From NCBI GenBank assembly GCA_023460315.1, contig JAEWQO010000096.1, positions 8,587 through 72,586 on the forward strand: a stretch of 64,000 bases of DNA. Reading direction: 5' to 3'. Shown in pieces: positions 1 to 7,727 of this stretch (its first letter is position 1; each line of letters opens with the position of its first letter). This DNA is from Actinomycetes bacterium (lineage in GTDB: Bacteria; Actinomycetota; Coriobacteriia; Coriobacteriales; Eggerthellaceae). The notes below the pieces were generated by a model, which saw only the letters and a list, made by a program, of their open reading frames with translations, did no database searches and was not told where the DNA came from. Both the position numbers and the translations under genes were made by a program.

Positions 1-183
1 AGGCAGCAACTGCACTGATCAGATACAGAGACCGGATGCGGTTTCAGGCAGATGGCACACGCACCCCGAACCCTGCCAGACCGGAAACGCAGGCAGCCAG
101 CTCGGATCGGGTCCAGTCATCGGTGGAGCCAGCGGATCCACCCCCAGACGGACGGGACGACAGTGCTGTCTCTTGGCTGCCGG

Positions 184-969
184 TTACCCGCGATGCTCCC
201 ACATGTGGTCGAGCGGGCCCGAACCGCGACCGAGGTCAAGGCCTGCCGCCAGCGCGCCGCGCACATACGCCCTCGCACGGCGCGCCGAGGCAACCACGTC
301 AAGGCCTTCGGCGAGGCCGCAGGCAATGGCCGAAGACAGCGTGCAGCCGGTGCCATGCGTGTTCTTCGTGTCAATGCGCGGACCTCGCATCCAGGTGACC
401 GAGCCATCGGCCTCCACCAGCACGTCGTCTGCGGCGTCGGAACGATGGCCGCCCTTGACCAGCACGGCTTGCTTTCCCTCGGCGAGCATGCGAGCCGCAC
501 GCTCCATCGTGGCGTCGCCGTCCACCGCCATGCCACAAAGCACCTGCGCCTCGGGCATGTTGGGCGTCGCGACGGTCGCAAGCGGCAGGAGGCGCGTCCT
601 GAGGGCCTCGACAGCGTCCTCGTCGATGAGGCGCGCGCCGCTTGTGGCCACCATGACCGGGTCAAGGACGACGTTTTGAGCTCCCTGCCGCTCAAGCGCG
701 TCGGCGATGGCCGCGATGATGCCCGACGACGCCACCATGCCGATCTTGACCGCATCGGGCCGGATGTCCTCGAACACGGCATCTATCTGGGCGACCACAA
801 AAGCGGGATCAACCTCGAAAACACCGGTGACGCCGGTGGTGTTTTGGGCCGTGAGGGCCGTGATGGCCGTTTCCGCAAACAGTCCATGAGCCGCGATGGT
901 CTTGATGTCAGCCTGGATGCCGGCGCCGCCGCTCGAGTCCGACCCCGCAATGCTCAGCACCGCCTTCAT
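184..969 (-). CDS. thiD: Hydroxymethylpyrimidine / phosphomethylpyrimidine kinase ThiD
   Basis: Part of ORF 184..1455(-). Homology begins at the internal ATG at 969 (MKAVLSIAGSDSSGGAGIQADIKT...; C-terminal THGTGCTLSSAIA), which are typical ThiD/PfkB signatures. The 162 upstream codons are Arg/Ser/Trp-rich read-through that overlaps the next gene in another frame. Confidence 0.9.
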   Translation of the reverse strand: MKAVLSIAGSDSSGGAGIQADIKTIAAHGLFAETAITALTAQNTTGVTGVFEVDPAFVVAQIDAVFEDIRPDAVKIGMVASSGIIAAIADALERQGAQNVVLDPVMVATSGARLIDEDAVEALRTRLLPLATVATPNMPEAQVLCGMAVDGDATMERAARMLAEGKQAVLVKGGHRSDAADDVLVEADGSVTWMRGPRIDTKNTHGTGCTLSSAIACGLAEGLDVVASARRARAYVRGALAAGLDLGRGSGPLDHMWEHRG

Positions 970-973
970 GTCC

Positions 974-1570
974 CTATCCTTCCAAGAGCGCGACGACCTC
1001 ATCGGTCGAAGCGATCTTCGCAGCGTAGCAGGTCTCCATATAGGCGAGACCCTCATCCTGATCCCCCACCAGGAACGTAAGCGTGGCGTCACCCGCCACG
1101 ACGATGCGGTAGTTGTTGAAGTAGGCGTCGGCCACCGTGTGCCGCACGCAGATGTTCGTGTCCATGCCGACGCACAGAAGTGTGTCCACCCCCAATTCGT
1201 CCAGCAGGAGCCGCAGACCCGTCTGGAAGAAGCCGCTGTAACGCCGCTTGTCCACAACGTAGTCCCCCGCTCCGCACTTGAGCTGAGGGGACGGCTGGGC
1301 ATCGGGCGTCCCGACGAGACCGTGGGAGCCCCAAAGCTCGAGTTCGCGGTCGAGTCCGGGAAGGTGTGCGTCGTTTGAAAAGATGACCGGCACGCCCGTC
1401 CGTCGGGCAGCATCGCAGATGCGCGCCGCGTTGCCCACCACGGGCAGCAGGACATCCTTCAACGGCGAGGTTTCGGGATCACCCAAAAAATCGATGACGA
1501 GCACCGCACACCGCCTCGTGTCAACCTCGGACAGTTCAAGCAGGCCCTTGTTCACTTCGTCTCCAAGCAC
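974..1570 (-). CDS. Isochorismatase-family cysteine hydrolase embedded in the thiamine operon
   Basis: ORF 974..1741(-). The conserved core CAVLVIDF (Asp), DKRRYSGF (Lys) and GMDTNICV (Cys) matches the isochorismatase/nicotinamidase catalytic triad. There is no in-frame ATG near the conserved N-terminus. GTG at 1570 is my best start guess (19-nt overlap with the thiE stop), so the start is uncertain. Confidence 0.75.
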   Translation of the reverse strand: MLGDEVNKGLLELSEVDTRRCAVLVIDFLGDPETSPLKDVLLPVVGNAARICDAARRTGVPVIFSNDAHLPGLDRELELWGSHGLVGTPDAQPSPQLKCGAGDYVVDKRRYSGFFQTGLRLLLDELGVDTLLCVGMDTNICVRHTVADAYFNNYRIVVAGDATLTFLVGDQDEGLAYMETCYAAKIASTDEVVALLEG

Positions 1571-2211
1571 AGCGTCTCCTTTGTCAGCGTGAGCAATTCT
1601 TTTGTGGCAGCTCGAATGTCTGCGGCTGCGAAGATGGCCGAGACCACGGCAACCCCATCGGCACCGGTTTCTGCAAGCGCGGGAATGGTGGCATCGTTCA
1701 GCCCGCCGATGGCAACCACCGGAATCTCCACCGCGGCGCATATCTCCCGCAAGCCGGCGACGCCGACGACGTCGGCGTCAGACTTCGTCCTGGTTCCGAA
1801 AACGGCTCCGACGCCCAGATAGTCGGCACCGGCACGCTGCGCCGCGAAGGCCTGCTCCACCGTGCCCACGGACACGCCCACAAGGGCATCCGGTCCCAGC
1901 GCTGCCCGCGCCTCTACACAGGCAGCATCTTCCTGGCCAACATGCACGCCGTCGGCACCGGCGATGCGGGCGGCCTCCACATCGTCGTCAATCACAAAGG
2001 GGACCCCCGCCGCACGCGCTATCGGGACAAGCTCCCTCGCAAAGCGCACGACCTCATCGTGGGAGATACCCTTCTCCCGCAGCTGGAGGAATGTTGCACC
2101 GCCCGCAAGCGCCGCAGCAGCGCAGTCGACAAGCGTCCGTCCGCCAAGCCATGCGCGATCGGTCACCGCGTACAGGGCGAGCGCACGCCTCAGTCTCTCT
2201 CGTGGGAACAT
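1552..2211 (-). CDS. thiE: Thiamine-phosphate synthase ThiE
   Basis: ORF 1552..2355(-), with the start moved to ATG 2211 (MFPRERLRRALALYAVTD...), 7 nt downstream of the thiM stop. TMP-TENI-type motifs are present: FLQLREK, GADGVHVGQ, VVAIGGL. Confidence 0.9.
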   Translation of the reverse strand: MFPRERLRRALALYAVTDRAWLGGRTLVDCAAAALAGGATFLQLREKGISHDEVVRFARELVPIARAAGVPFVIDDDVEAARIAGADGVHVGQEDAACVEARAALGPDALVGVSVGTVEQAFAAQRAGADYLGVGAVFGTRTKSDADVVGVAGLREICAAVEIPVVAIGGLNDATIPALAETGADGVAVVSAIFAAADIRAATKELLTLTKETLCLETK

Positions 2212-2218
2212 GGTCCTC

Positions 2219-3055
2219 CTATGCCCGTTCTTCAATCTTCGCAGCGGCATCCAGGTCCGACCCGTCAAGGCGATAGAGCGCGTCAAGCAGGTAGGTGCGG
2301 AATGAGCCGTTGCCATCCATTCCGCCCAGGCGGCCCTGTGCGACCTGGCCGGCAATCCCCATACCAGCCACTGCAGCCACCACCGCCTCCAGAGGCGCCT
2401 CCCTGTTCGCGATGGAAAACGCCGTGCAGAGGCATGACAGCATGCAGCCGGCCCCCGTTATGCGTCCCATGAGGGGACTCCCGTTGCGCACGATGAAAGC
2501 ACGCTCCGCATCGGCCACGATGTCGATCGCTCCCGTGACGGCCACGATTGCGCCCGTCTTGGCAGAGAGCTCACGGGCGAACGCCACTCCCGCAGGCAGG
2601 TTGCCTTCGGTCACCACATCGTCGGGGCACACATCGACGCCCCGCGTCGTCGACGAGCCTCCCGCAAGCGCCTTCATCTCCGACATGTTGCCGCGAATGA
2701 CCGTCAGAGACAGCTGGTCGAGCAGGTCCGCCGCCGTCTTGGTACGCAATGCAGACGCGCCGGCGCCCACCGGATCGAGCACCACGGGATGGCCCAGCTC
2801 GCCAGAGCGTGCGCCCGCTGCGAACATGCCCCGGATGGACCGTTCGTTGAGAGTGCCTATGTTGATGGTGAGGCCTCCGCAGATCGTCGCGATGTCCTCC
2901 ACATCGGCAGGCTCGTCGCTCATGATCGGGCTCGCCCCAATGGCCAGCAGCGCGTTCGCGCAATCGTTCACGGTCACGTAGTTCGTGATGTTATGCACGA
3001 GCGGTCCCGATGCGCGCACATTGTCCAGGGCGTTCTTCAATGCAAACGGCTTCAT
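2219..3055 (-). CDS. thiM: Hydroxyethylthiazole kinase ThiM
   Basis: ORF 2219..3055(-), 278 aa. MKPFALKNALDNVRASGPLVHNITNYVTVNDCANALLAIGASPIMSDEP... gives a full-length ThiM-family pattern. It is packed tightly between thiC and thiE. Confidence 0.9.
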   Translation of the reverse strand: MKPFALKNALDNVRASGPLVHNITNYVTVNDCANALLAIGASPIMSDEPADVEDIATICGGLTINIGTLNERSIRGMFAAGARSGELGHPVVLDPVGAGASALRTKTAADLLDQLSLTVIRGNMSEMKALAGGSSTTRGVDVCPDDVVTEGNLPAGVAFARELSAKTGAIVAVTGAIDIVADAERAFIVRNGSPLMGRITGAGCMLSCLCTAFSIANREAPLEAVVAAVAGMGIAGQVAQGRLGGMDGNGSFRTYLLDALYRLDGSDLDAAAKIEERA

Positions 3056-3058
3056 GTC

Positions 3059-4357
3059 CTATTCCTTCCCCAGATCTATCGTCAGGCCATCCATGATCGC
3101 GTTCACCGTGCGCATGGCGCACATCTGCCCGCACATGGTGCAGGTTCCCTCGGTCGAAGGAGGAGCGCTCTCGAACGAACGACGCGCCTTGGCCGGATCG
3201 AGGGCAAGGTCAAACATCTCATCCCAGGCGACGCGGCGACGGGCGTCGCTCATGCGGTTGTCCCGGTCGCGCGCCCCCGGCACCCCCTTTGCGATGTCAG
3301 CCGCATGCGCGGCAATCTTGGTTGCCACAAACCCTTCGCGCACGTCATCGGCATCCGGCAGACGAAGATGTTCCGCGGGAGTCACATAGCACAGGAAGTC
3401 GGCACCCGAGGAAGCCGCCACCGCCCCACCGATTGCAGCCGTGATGTGATCGTAGCCCGGAGCGATGTCGGTGACCAGCGGGCCCAGAACGTAGAACGGG
3501 GCATCGTGGCACAGCCGCTTCTGCAGTTTCACGTTGGCCGCAATCTCATCGAGAGCCATGTGGCCCGGACCCTCAACCATCACCTGCACGCCCGCATCCC
3601 ACGCACGCGTAGTGAGCTTGCCGATTTCAATGAGTTCCGCTATCTGCCCCGCATCCGTGGCGTCATAGGTGCTCCCGGGACGCATGGCGTCACCGATGCT
3701 GATGGTTACGTCATGCTCGTGCAGGATGTCCAACACTTCGTCGTAGAACTCATAGAAGGGATTCTCGTTGCCCGTGGCTTCCATCCAGGCAAACAGCAGC
3801 GACCCTCCGCGAGAGACGATGTTGGTCAAGCGGCCCGTTTCACGGAACGACTCGAGCGTGCGGCGGTTCATGCCCGCATGGATGGTGACGAAGTCCACTC
3901 CGTCCTCCGCATGCCGCCGCACGACATCGAGAAAGTCCGAGGCCGTGATGTCGACGAGGGGCATGTCCAAATAGCCGATGGCGTCATACATGGGAACGGT
4001 GCCGATCATGGCGCGGGACTTTTCGATGAGCCGGGTGCGGAACGGGCGCGTCTTGCCGCTGTTCGACAGATCCATGATGGCATCGGCGCCCAGATCCAGC
4101 GCCACATCGACTTTCTTCCACTCCTCAGCCTCGTCGGCGAGGTCTCCCGAAATGCCCAGGTTCACGTTCACCTTGGTGCGCAGCCCACCGCCCACGCCCT
4201 CAGGCGAAAGAGCCTGATGGTGGACATTCGCCGGGATGGCGATACGCCCAACAGCCACTTCTCCTCTGATGAATTCGGGATCGCGGCCTTCCTTCTGGGC
4301 GACGATCTGCATTTCATGCGTGACGATACCGTCGCGCGCCGCATCTATCTGCGTCAT
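3059..4357 (-). CDS. thiC: Phosphomethylpyrimidine synthase ThiC (radical SAM)
   Basis: ORF 3059..4384(-). ThiC family is recognised throughout, including the C-terminal cluster motif [10 protein letters not shown]. The first ATG (4384) lies inside the TPP aptamer (AUGGGUAAUGCCAGCGAAGGGAG). The start is therefore set at ATG 4357 ([12 protein letters not shown]...), which is preceded by AGGGAG. Confidence 0.93.
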   Translation of the reverse strand: MTQIDAARDGIVTHEMQIVAQKEGRDPEFIRGEVAVGRIAIPANVHHQALSPEGVGGGLRTKVNVNLGISGDLADEAEEWKKVDVALDLGADAIMDLSNSGKTRPFRTRLIEKSRAMIGTVPMYDAIGYLDMPLVDITASDFLDVVRRHAEDGVDFVTIHAGMNRRTLESFRETGRLTNIVSRGGSLLFAWMEATGNENPFYEFYDEVLDILHEHDVTISIGDAMRPGSTYDATDAGQIAELIEIGKLTTRAWDAGVQVMVEGPGHMALDEIAANVKLQKRLCHDAPFYVLGPLVTDIAPGYDHITAAIGGAVAASSGADFLCYVTPAEHLRLPDADDVREGFVATKIAAHAADIAKGVPGARDRDNRMSDARRRVAWDEMFDLALDPAKARRSFESAPPSTEGTCTMCGQMCAMRTVNAIMDGLTIDLGKE

Positions 4358-4470
4358 TGAACTCCCTTCGCTGGCATTACCCATGTCAGGTTCCTCGGGT
4401 CGAGGCGTGGTCGGCGCCTCCTCTCAGCCTGCCCGGCCGCACACGATGCGGCTGCAAGCTCCCCGGTATG
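4358..4470 (-). promoter_or_regulatory. TPP (THI-box) riboswitch controlling the thiC operon
   Basis: Minus-strand read: ACCGGGGAGCUUGCA-[GCCGCAUCGUGUGCGGC hairpin]-CGGGCAGGCUGAGAGGAGGCGCCGACCACGCCUCGACCCGAGGAACCUGACAUGGGUAAUGCCAGCGAAGGGAGUUCA-AUG. It contains the conserved GGGG(U/A)GC, CUGAGA, ACCC, AACCUGA and GGGUAAUGCCAGCGnAGGGA blocks of the TPP aptamer. Its 3' AGGGAG doubles as the thiC Shine-Dalgarno. Confidence 0.88.
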
Positions 4471-4563
4471 TCAGATGTCCCGTCGCGACAGAAAGGGTTG
4501 CGAGGCACGCAGGTTCTGCGCAAACCCAGAGTCCTCCCTGTGGGGAGCGGACAATCTTCCGTG

Positions 4564-4569
4564 ATTATA
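4564..4569 (-). promoter_or_regulatory. Candidate -10 hexamer (TATAAT) for the thiC operon
   Basis: Minus strand reads GGCTATAATCACGG, a perfect TATAAT about 90 nt upstream of the aptamer. No convincing -35 is present (TGGGCA at 17-nt spacing). Position-based guess only. Confidence 0.3.
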
Positions 4570-4637
4570 GCCTTTCGTGAACGGCGTGCCCACAACGCCG
4601 GGCGAGCGACCCTGATTTCTGCAGAATTGGCAGAGGT

Positions 4638-4672
4638 GGGTTGGGTTGGGTTGGGTTGGGTTGGGTTGGGTT
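4638..4672 (+). repeat. Perfect pentanucleotide microsatellite (GGGTT)x7
   Basis: Direct read of 4631-4680: cagaggTGGGTTGGGTTGGGTTGGGTTGGGTTGGGTTGGGTTgacg. There are seven G3 tracts spaced exactly 5 nt apart. The repeat is intergenic, between thiN (stop 5120) and the thiC promoter region. Confidence 0.97.
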
Positions 4673-4780
4673 GACGAGCGACCTTGTCGCCTTCCCTGGT
4701 GCAAAACCGCACCCTTCGCCACAGGCTGACCGGGCGCAGAATCCACGTTTTTCATCCGGGCCATGCAACACGCCCGCATC

Positions 4781-4950
4781 TGCAACGAACGCCTGAAATG
4801 CGCGGGAATCTTCTGTTTGTTCACCGCATGGGCTAGCCTCGGCAAACCATCAGCAGGCACTCTGCCGAACGCGGCATCCCGTGGAACGACAATTCAGAGA
4901 ATCCAGGGGCCAAACCTTACACATTTCAGGCGTTCGTTGCATTTTGAGAG
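4781..4950. repeat. 20-bp perfect inverted repeat pair enclosing 130 bp
   Basis: 4781-4800 TGCAACGAACGCCTGAAATG is the exact reverse complement of 4931-4950 CATTTCAGGCGTTCGTTGCA. Pairing stops abruptly at both ends. The element is intergenic and the interior has no credible ORF. Confidence 0.9.
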
Positions 4951-5119
4951 GTTTTTGATGGCAAGAAGGCCATCGGTGGACGGACGGGCGGTTACCGTGA
5001 TGAAAGGGTAGGATTCCCAACCGACGCAATCGACCCAACTGTCGCAATCGCCGCATCCATTGCGTCAGCAACGCCCGCCCTCTCGCACGAACAGGATCTC
5101 TCGGCAAACAGGAAATCTC

Positions 5120-5749
5120 TCAGGGCAGCGGATAGAACACATACAGCGTGCCCTCTTCGACGGCAACGCGCGCGGGCTCTCCCGTGAGTTCATTCGACAC
5201 GCCGCGCGAGGTGCGGTTCGTCAGGTCCTCGTCGTTGAGCGAGTACAGCATCCCCGTCTCGATAACGCCTTTGGCCGTATCGTTGGCCGAGAGAACCGAC
5301 ACCGTTCCTGTGGCGATGGCTGGCAACTCGAACACATCCGGACCGGTCAGGAGCCGCACGGCAAACGTGTCGCCGATGCCGGTCACCTGCACGCCACGTT
5401 CGGAAAACTTTGCGAACAGCTGCAGGTTGGCGATGGTGTGATCGAGTCGTTTCGCAAGGCCGCCATACACCACCACCTCGTCGTGGCTCCACGACACGGC
5501 CTTCTCAAAGGCCAGCTCCATGTCGCTTTTGTCCTTCTTGCTGGGATGAAGCGACACGCGACGGCATTGGGGGACATAGCCCAGCGAATCGAAATCGCCC
5601 ACCGCCATGTCGGGTGCCACGCCGATCGCATCCAGGTGGGCAAAACCAGCGTCCACCGCTATGACGAAGTCAAACGCTCCCGCGTCACGCTGGGCCTTGA
5701 AATGCTCGGCGTTGAAGTCGACCGCGCCCACCAAAGCGCATGTTGCCAT
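5120..5749 (-). CDS. thiN: Thiamine pyrophosphokinase (ThiN/TPK)
   Basis: ORF 5120..5800(-), with the start set at ATG 5749 (MATCALVGAVDFN...). TPK pattern: VIAVDAG...GDFDS...KKDKSDMELA, followed by a C-terminal thiamine-binding beta domain. Confidence 0.85.
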   Translation of the reverse strand: MATCALVGAVDFNAEHFKAQRDAGAFDFVIAVDAGFAHLDAIGVAPDMAVGDFDSLGYVPQCRRVSLHPSKKDKSDMELAFEKAVSWSHDEVVVYGGLAKRLDHTIANLQLFAKFSERGVQVTGIGDTFAVRLLTGPDVFELPAIATGTVSVLSANDTAKGVIETGMLYSLNDEDLTNRTSRGVSNELTGEPARVAVEEGTLYVFYPLP

Positions 5750-6124
5750 ATGAAGCGCTCCTCCCGCATTGCGTCTTGCCCACTCTGCCTTGGCTACCAC
5801 CGGACATCCCTGTTAAAGCCTCCCGCGGTCGGCGGCGCAGCCACTCTGCACCGCCAACAATCATCGCGTCGCCCTGTCTAGCCGTGGATTCTCTGCCGCA
5901 TGAGACCACCTGCTTTGTCGCCTCGCCGACGCGAGACCAGCCACTTCAGGACACGAGCGATCACTCGCGTTTCAGCATATGCGGTCGCGCCGCCTTGCGC
6001 CGTTGCAGTCTCATGCCATCCGCCGCGCTCCCTCTGTCATCGACAAGCCGAGGTCAGCCAGCGACGGTACAGCCAGAACAGCGCGAAACGTCAAGGCGAT
6101 GACCGACAGATGATCCAACCGATA

Positions 6125-6133
6125 TGGTAGAAT
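6125..6133 (+). promoter_or_regulatory. Candidate extended -10 promoter (TGgTAGAAT) of rnpB
   Basis: gataTGGTAGAATaccatatcG: TGn plus TAGAAT ends 8 nt before the predicted 5' end of RNase P RNA (6142). The same TAGAAT hexamer recurs upstream of mraZ and pyrG. Confidence 0.45.
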
Positions 6134-6141
6134 ACCATATC

Positions 6142-6488
6142 GCGAGTGGGCCAGGCGATCGCGTGCTTCGGCGCGAGGAAAGTCCGGGCTCCTAAGGGCA
6201 AGATGCCAGCTAACGGCTGGGCGGGGTGACCCGATGGAAAGTGCCACAGAAAAGAAAACTCCCCCACGGCCCTCGGGCTGCAGGGGAAAAGCTGAAACGG
6301 TGCGGTAAGAGCGCACCAGCACGTCGGCAACGGCGTGGCTTGGAAAACCCCATCTGGAGCAAGCGCAAATAGGAGCGCGACACGGCTGCCCTTCCGTGCG
6401 TTCGGGTTGCGTGCTTGAGGCGTGCGGCAACGTACGTTCGAGATAAATGATCGCTCAACGACAGAACCCGGCTTATCGACCCACTCGC
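6142..6488 (+). ncRNA. rnpB: RNase P RNA, bacterial type A
   Basis: The P1 helix pairs GCGAGUGGG (6142-6150) with CCCACUCGC (6480-6488). Universal blocks are present: GAGGAAAGUCCGGGCUCC (P4 5' strand), AGGGUGAAA-like GGGGUGACCCGAUGGAAAGUGCCACAGAAA, GGUAAGAGCGCACCAG, and ACAGAACCCGGCUUAUCG (P4 3' strand). Confidence 0.92.
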
Positions 6489-6527
6489 ACAACCAGGGGA
6501 TCCCGCTTCGCCTAGTCCCAGCAATCC

Positions 6528-6573
6528 CCCGGCAGACGAGCCACTTCCCTTCCCCTCCCGGCAGACGAGCCAC
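6528..6573 (+). repeat. 17-bp direct repeat (CCCGGCAGACGAGCCAC x2, 29-bp period)
   Basis: Copies at 6528-6544 and 6557-6573 are identical. They lie 40 nt downstream of the rnpB 3' end. Function unknown. Confidence 0.9.
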
Positions 6574-6902
6574 GTGTTTCCCCTGCGCAGAGACCTCACG
6601 AAACCTTTGCTATAGATATTGACCTCGTCCAATCTTGCCACGGTGAATGTGGGCCCGAGGCAGGGGCCCAGAACAAGATGGAAGCGGTCAAGTGGAAGAA
6701 CATGCCTGCATGCGACGCACTACACAGAAACAGGCACTGCGCGATAGCAGCCACGCCATAGGCATGCGTTATTGACGGCACGCCGGCCGTCGCGCGGCCC
6801 AAGCAGGCAGCCAAACCACGCCGCAAGCCCGCTGCCGGTAGCCATGCGCACCCCTCAGCCGGCGGCCGGGGTCTCGCCTCAGGCGCAAGGCCGCAAAGGC
6901 CC

Positions 6903-7727
6903 CTATGCCGGGAACAGCGTGTAGGCGATGCCTTCGCGCGTCTCGTGCGGATGGATGCTCACGCCAAAGGCATGCTCGACCGCGCGGGAAGCGAGAACCT
7001 CCTCCACCGTGCCGGCAGCCACGGCGCGGCCGGCCTCCATGACCAGCAACCGCTCGGAATAGCGCAGCGCCAGATCCAGATCGTGGATGACCATGATGAT
7101 GGTCTTCCCCTGATCCTCGTTGAGCTGCTTCACCAACGCCATGAGTTCGTGGCAGGCGTGAATGTCGAGGTAGGTTGTGGGCTCGTCGAGGACGATGGTG
7201 CCCGTGTCCTGCGCGAGCGTCATGGCCACGAAAGCACGCTGCCGCTCCCCTCCCGAAAGCCGGCGCAGGTCACAGTGGCGCAAACGCGTGATGCCGGCAA
7301 GGTCGAGCGCCTGCTCGACGTGCAGCCGGTCATGCTTGGAAAGGCGCCTCTGTCCTACCTGATAGGGATAGCGTCCGCATGCGACCAGCTGTTCGACGGT
7401 CATGGCAGGCGGACGGACCGCCTGGGCGAGCACCGCCACCTGCTGTGCGCGCTGCCGCGCCTTGAGAGACAGCGTGGGCACGCCGCCAACGAGAGCCTCG
7501 CCCCTGCTCGGACGAAGAATGCCCTCAATGATTTTCACCGTCGTCGATTTCCCGCATCCGTTGGGTCCCACCACGCTGGTCACCGACCCTTGCGGAAACG
7601 AAGCAGAAAGGCCTTCGATGAAGGGTTCTTTCCCGTAGGAGAAAGACACGTCGCGCATCTCGATGGCGACAGGCTGCTCGACGGACGTCGCGGCATCTTC
7701 GTCAAGGACCGTCCGTTGTTCAGTCAA
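6903..7727 (-). CDS. ABC transporter ATP-binding protein (FecE/FepC/BtuD-type importer ATPase)
   Basis: ORF 6903..7727(-), 274 aa. Walker A GPNGCGKST, signature LSGGERQR, Walker B IVLDEPT. It overlaps the upstream permease gene by 8 nt. Confidence 0.9.
   Translation of the reverse strand: MTEQRTVLDEDAATSVEQPVAIEMRDVSFSYGKEPFIEGLSASFPQGSVTSVVGPNGCGKSTTVKIIEGILRPSRGEALVGGVPTLSLKARQRAQQVAVLAQAVRPPAMTVEQLVACGRYPYQVGQRRLSKHDRLHVEQALDLAGITRLRHCDLRRLSGGERQRAFVAMTLAQDTGTIVLDEPTTYLDIHACHELMALVKQLNEDQGKTIIMVIHDLDLALRYSERLLVMEAGRAVAAGTVEEVLASRAVEHAFGVSIHPHETREGIAYTLFPA

Noticed and set aside
1-183. The left-edge sequence downstream of thiD, checked for a partial gene or terminator.
   Set aside because: The track ORFs here (36-398, 52-1080) are shadow frames overlapping thiD. 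Only a weak 5-bp hairpin (GACAG-TG-CTGTC) is present. Nothing supportable was found.
4638-4672. The two pentanucleotide arrays (the other at 33866-33900), considered as CRISPR-like or telomere-like repeats.
   Set aside because: The unit length is 5 bp with no spacers, and no cas genes are present. They are microsatellites, not CRISPR arrays. They are reported separately as findings.
6121-6141. A 9-bp inverted repeat, GATATGGTA-GAA-TACCATATC, immediately upstream of rnpB, considered as a possible terminator or processing hairpin.
   Set aside because: Its centre is the TGgTAGAAT extended -10 candidate, positioned correctly for the rnpB 5' end. The dyad is more simply explained as promoter sequence, and no T-tract follows.
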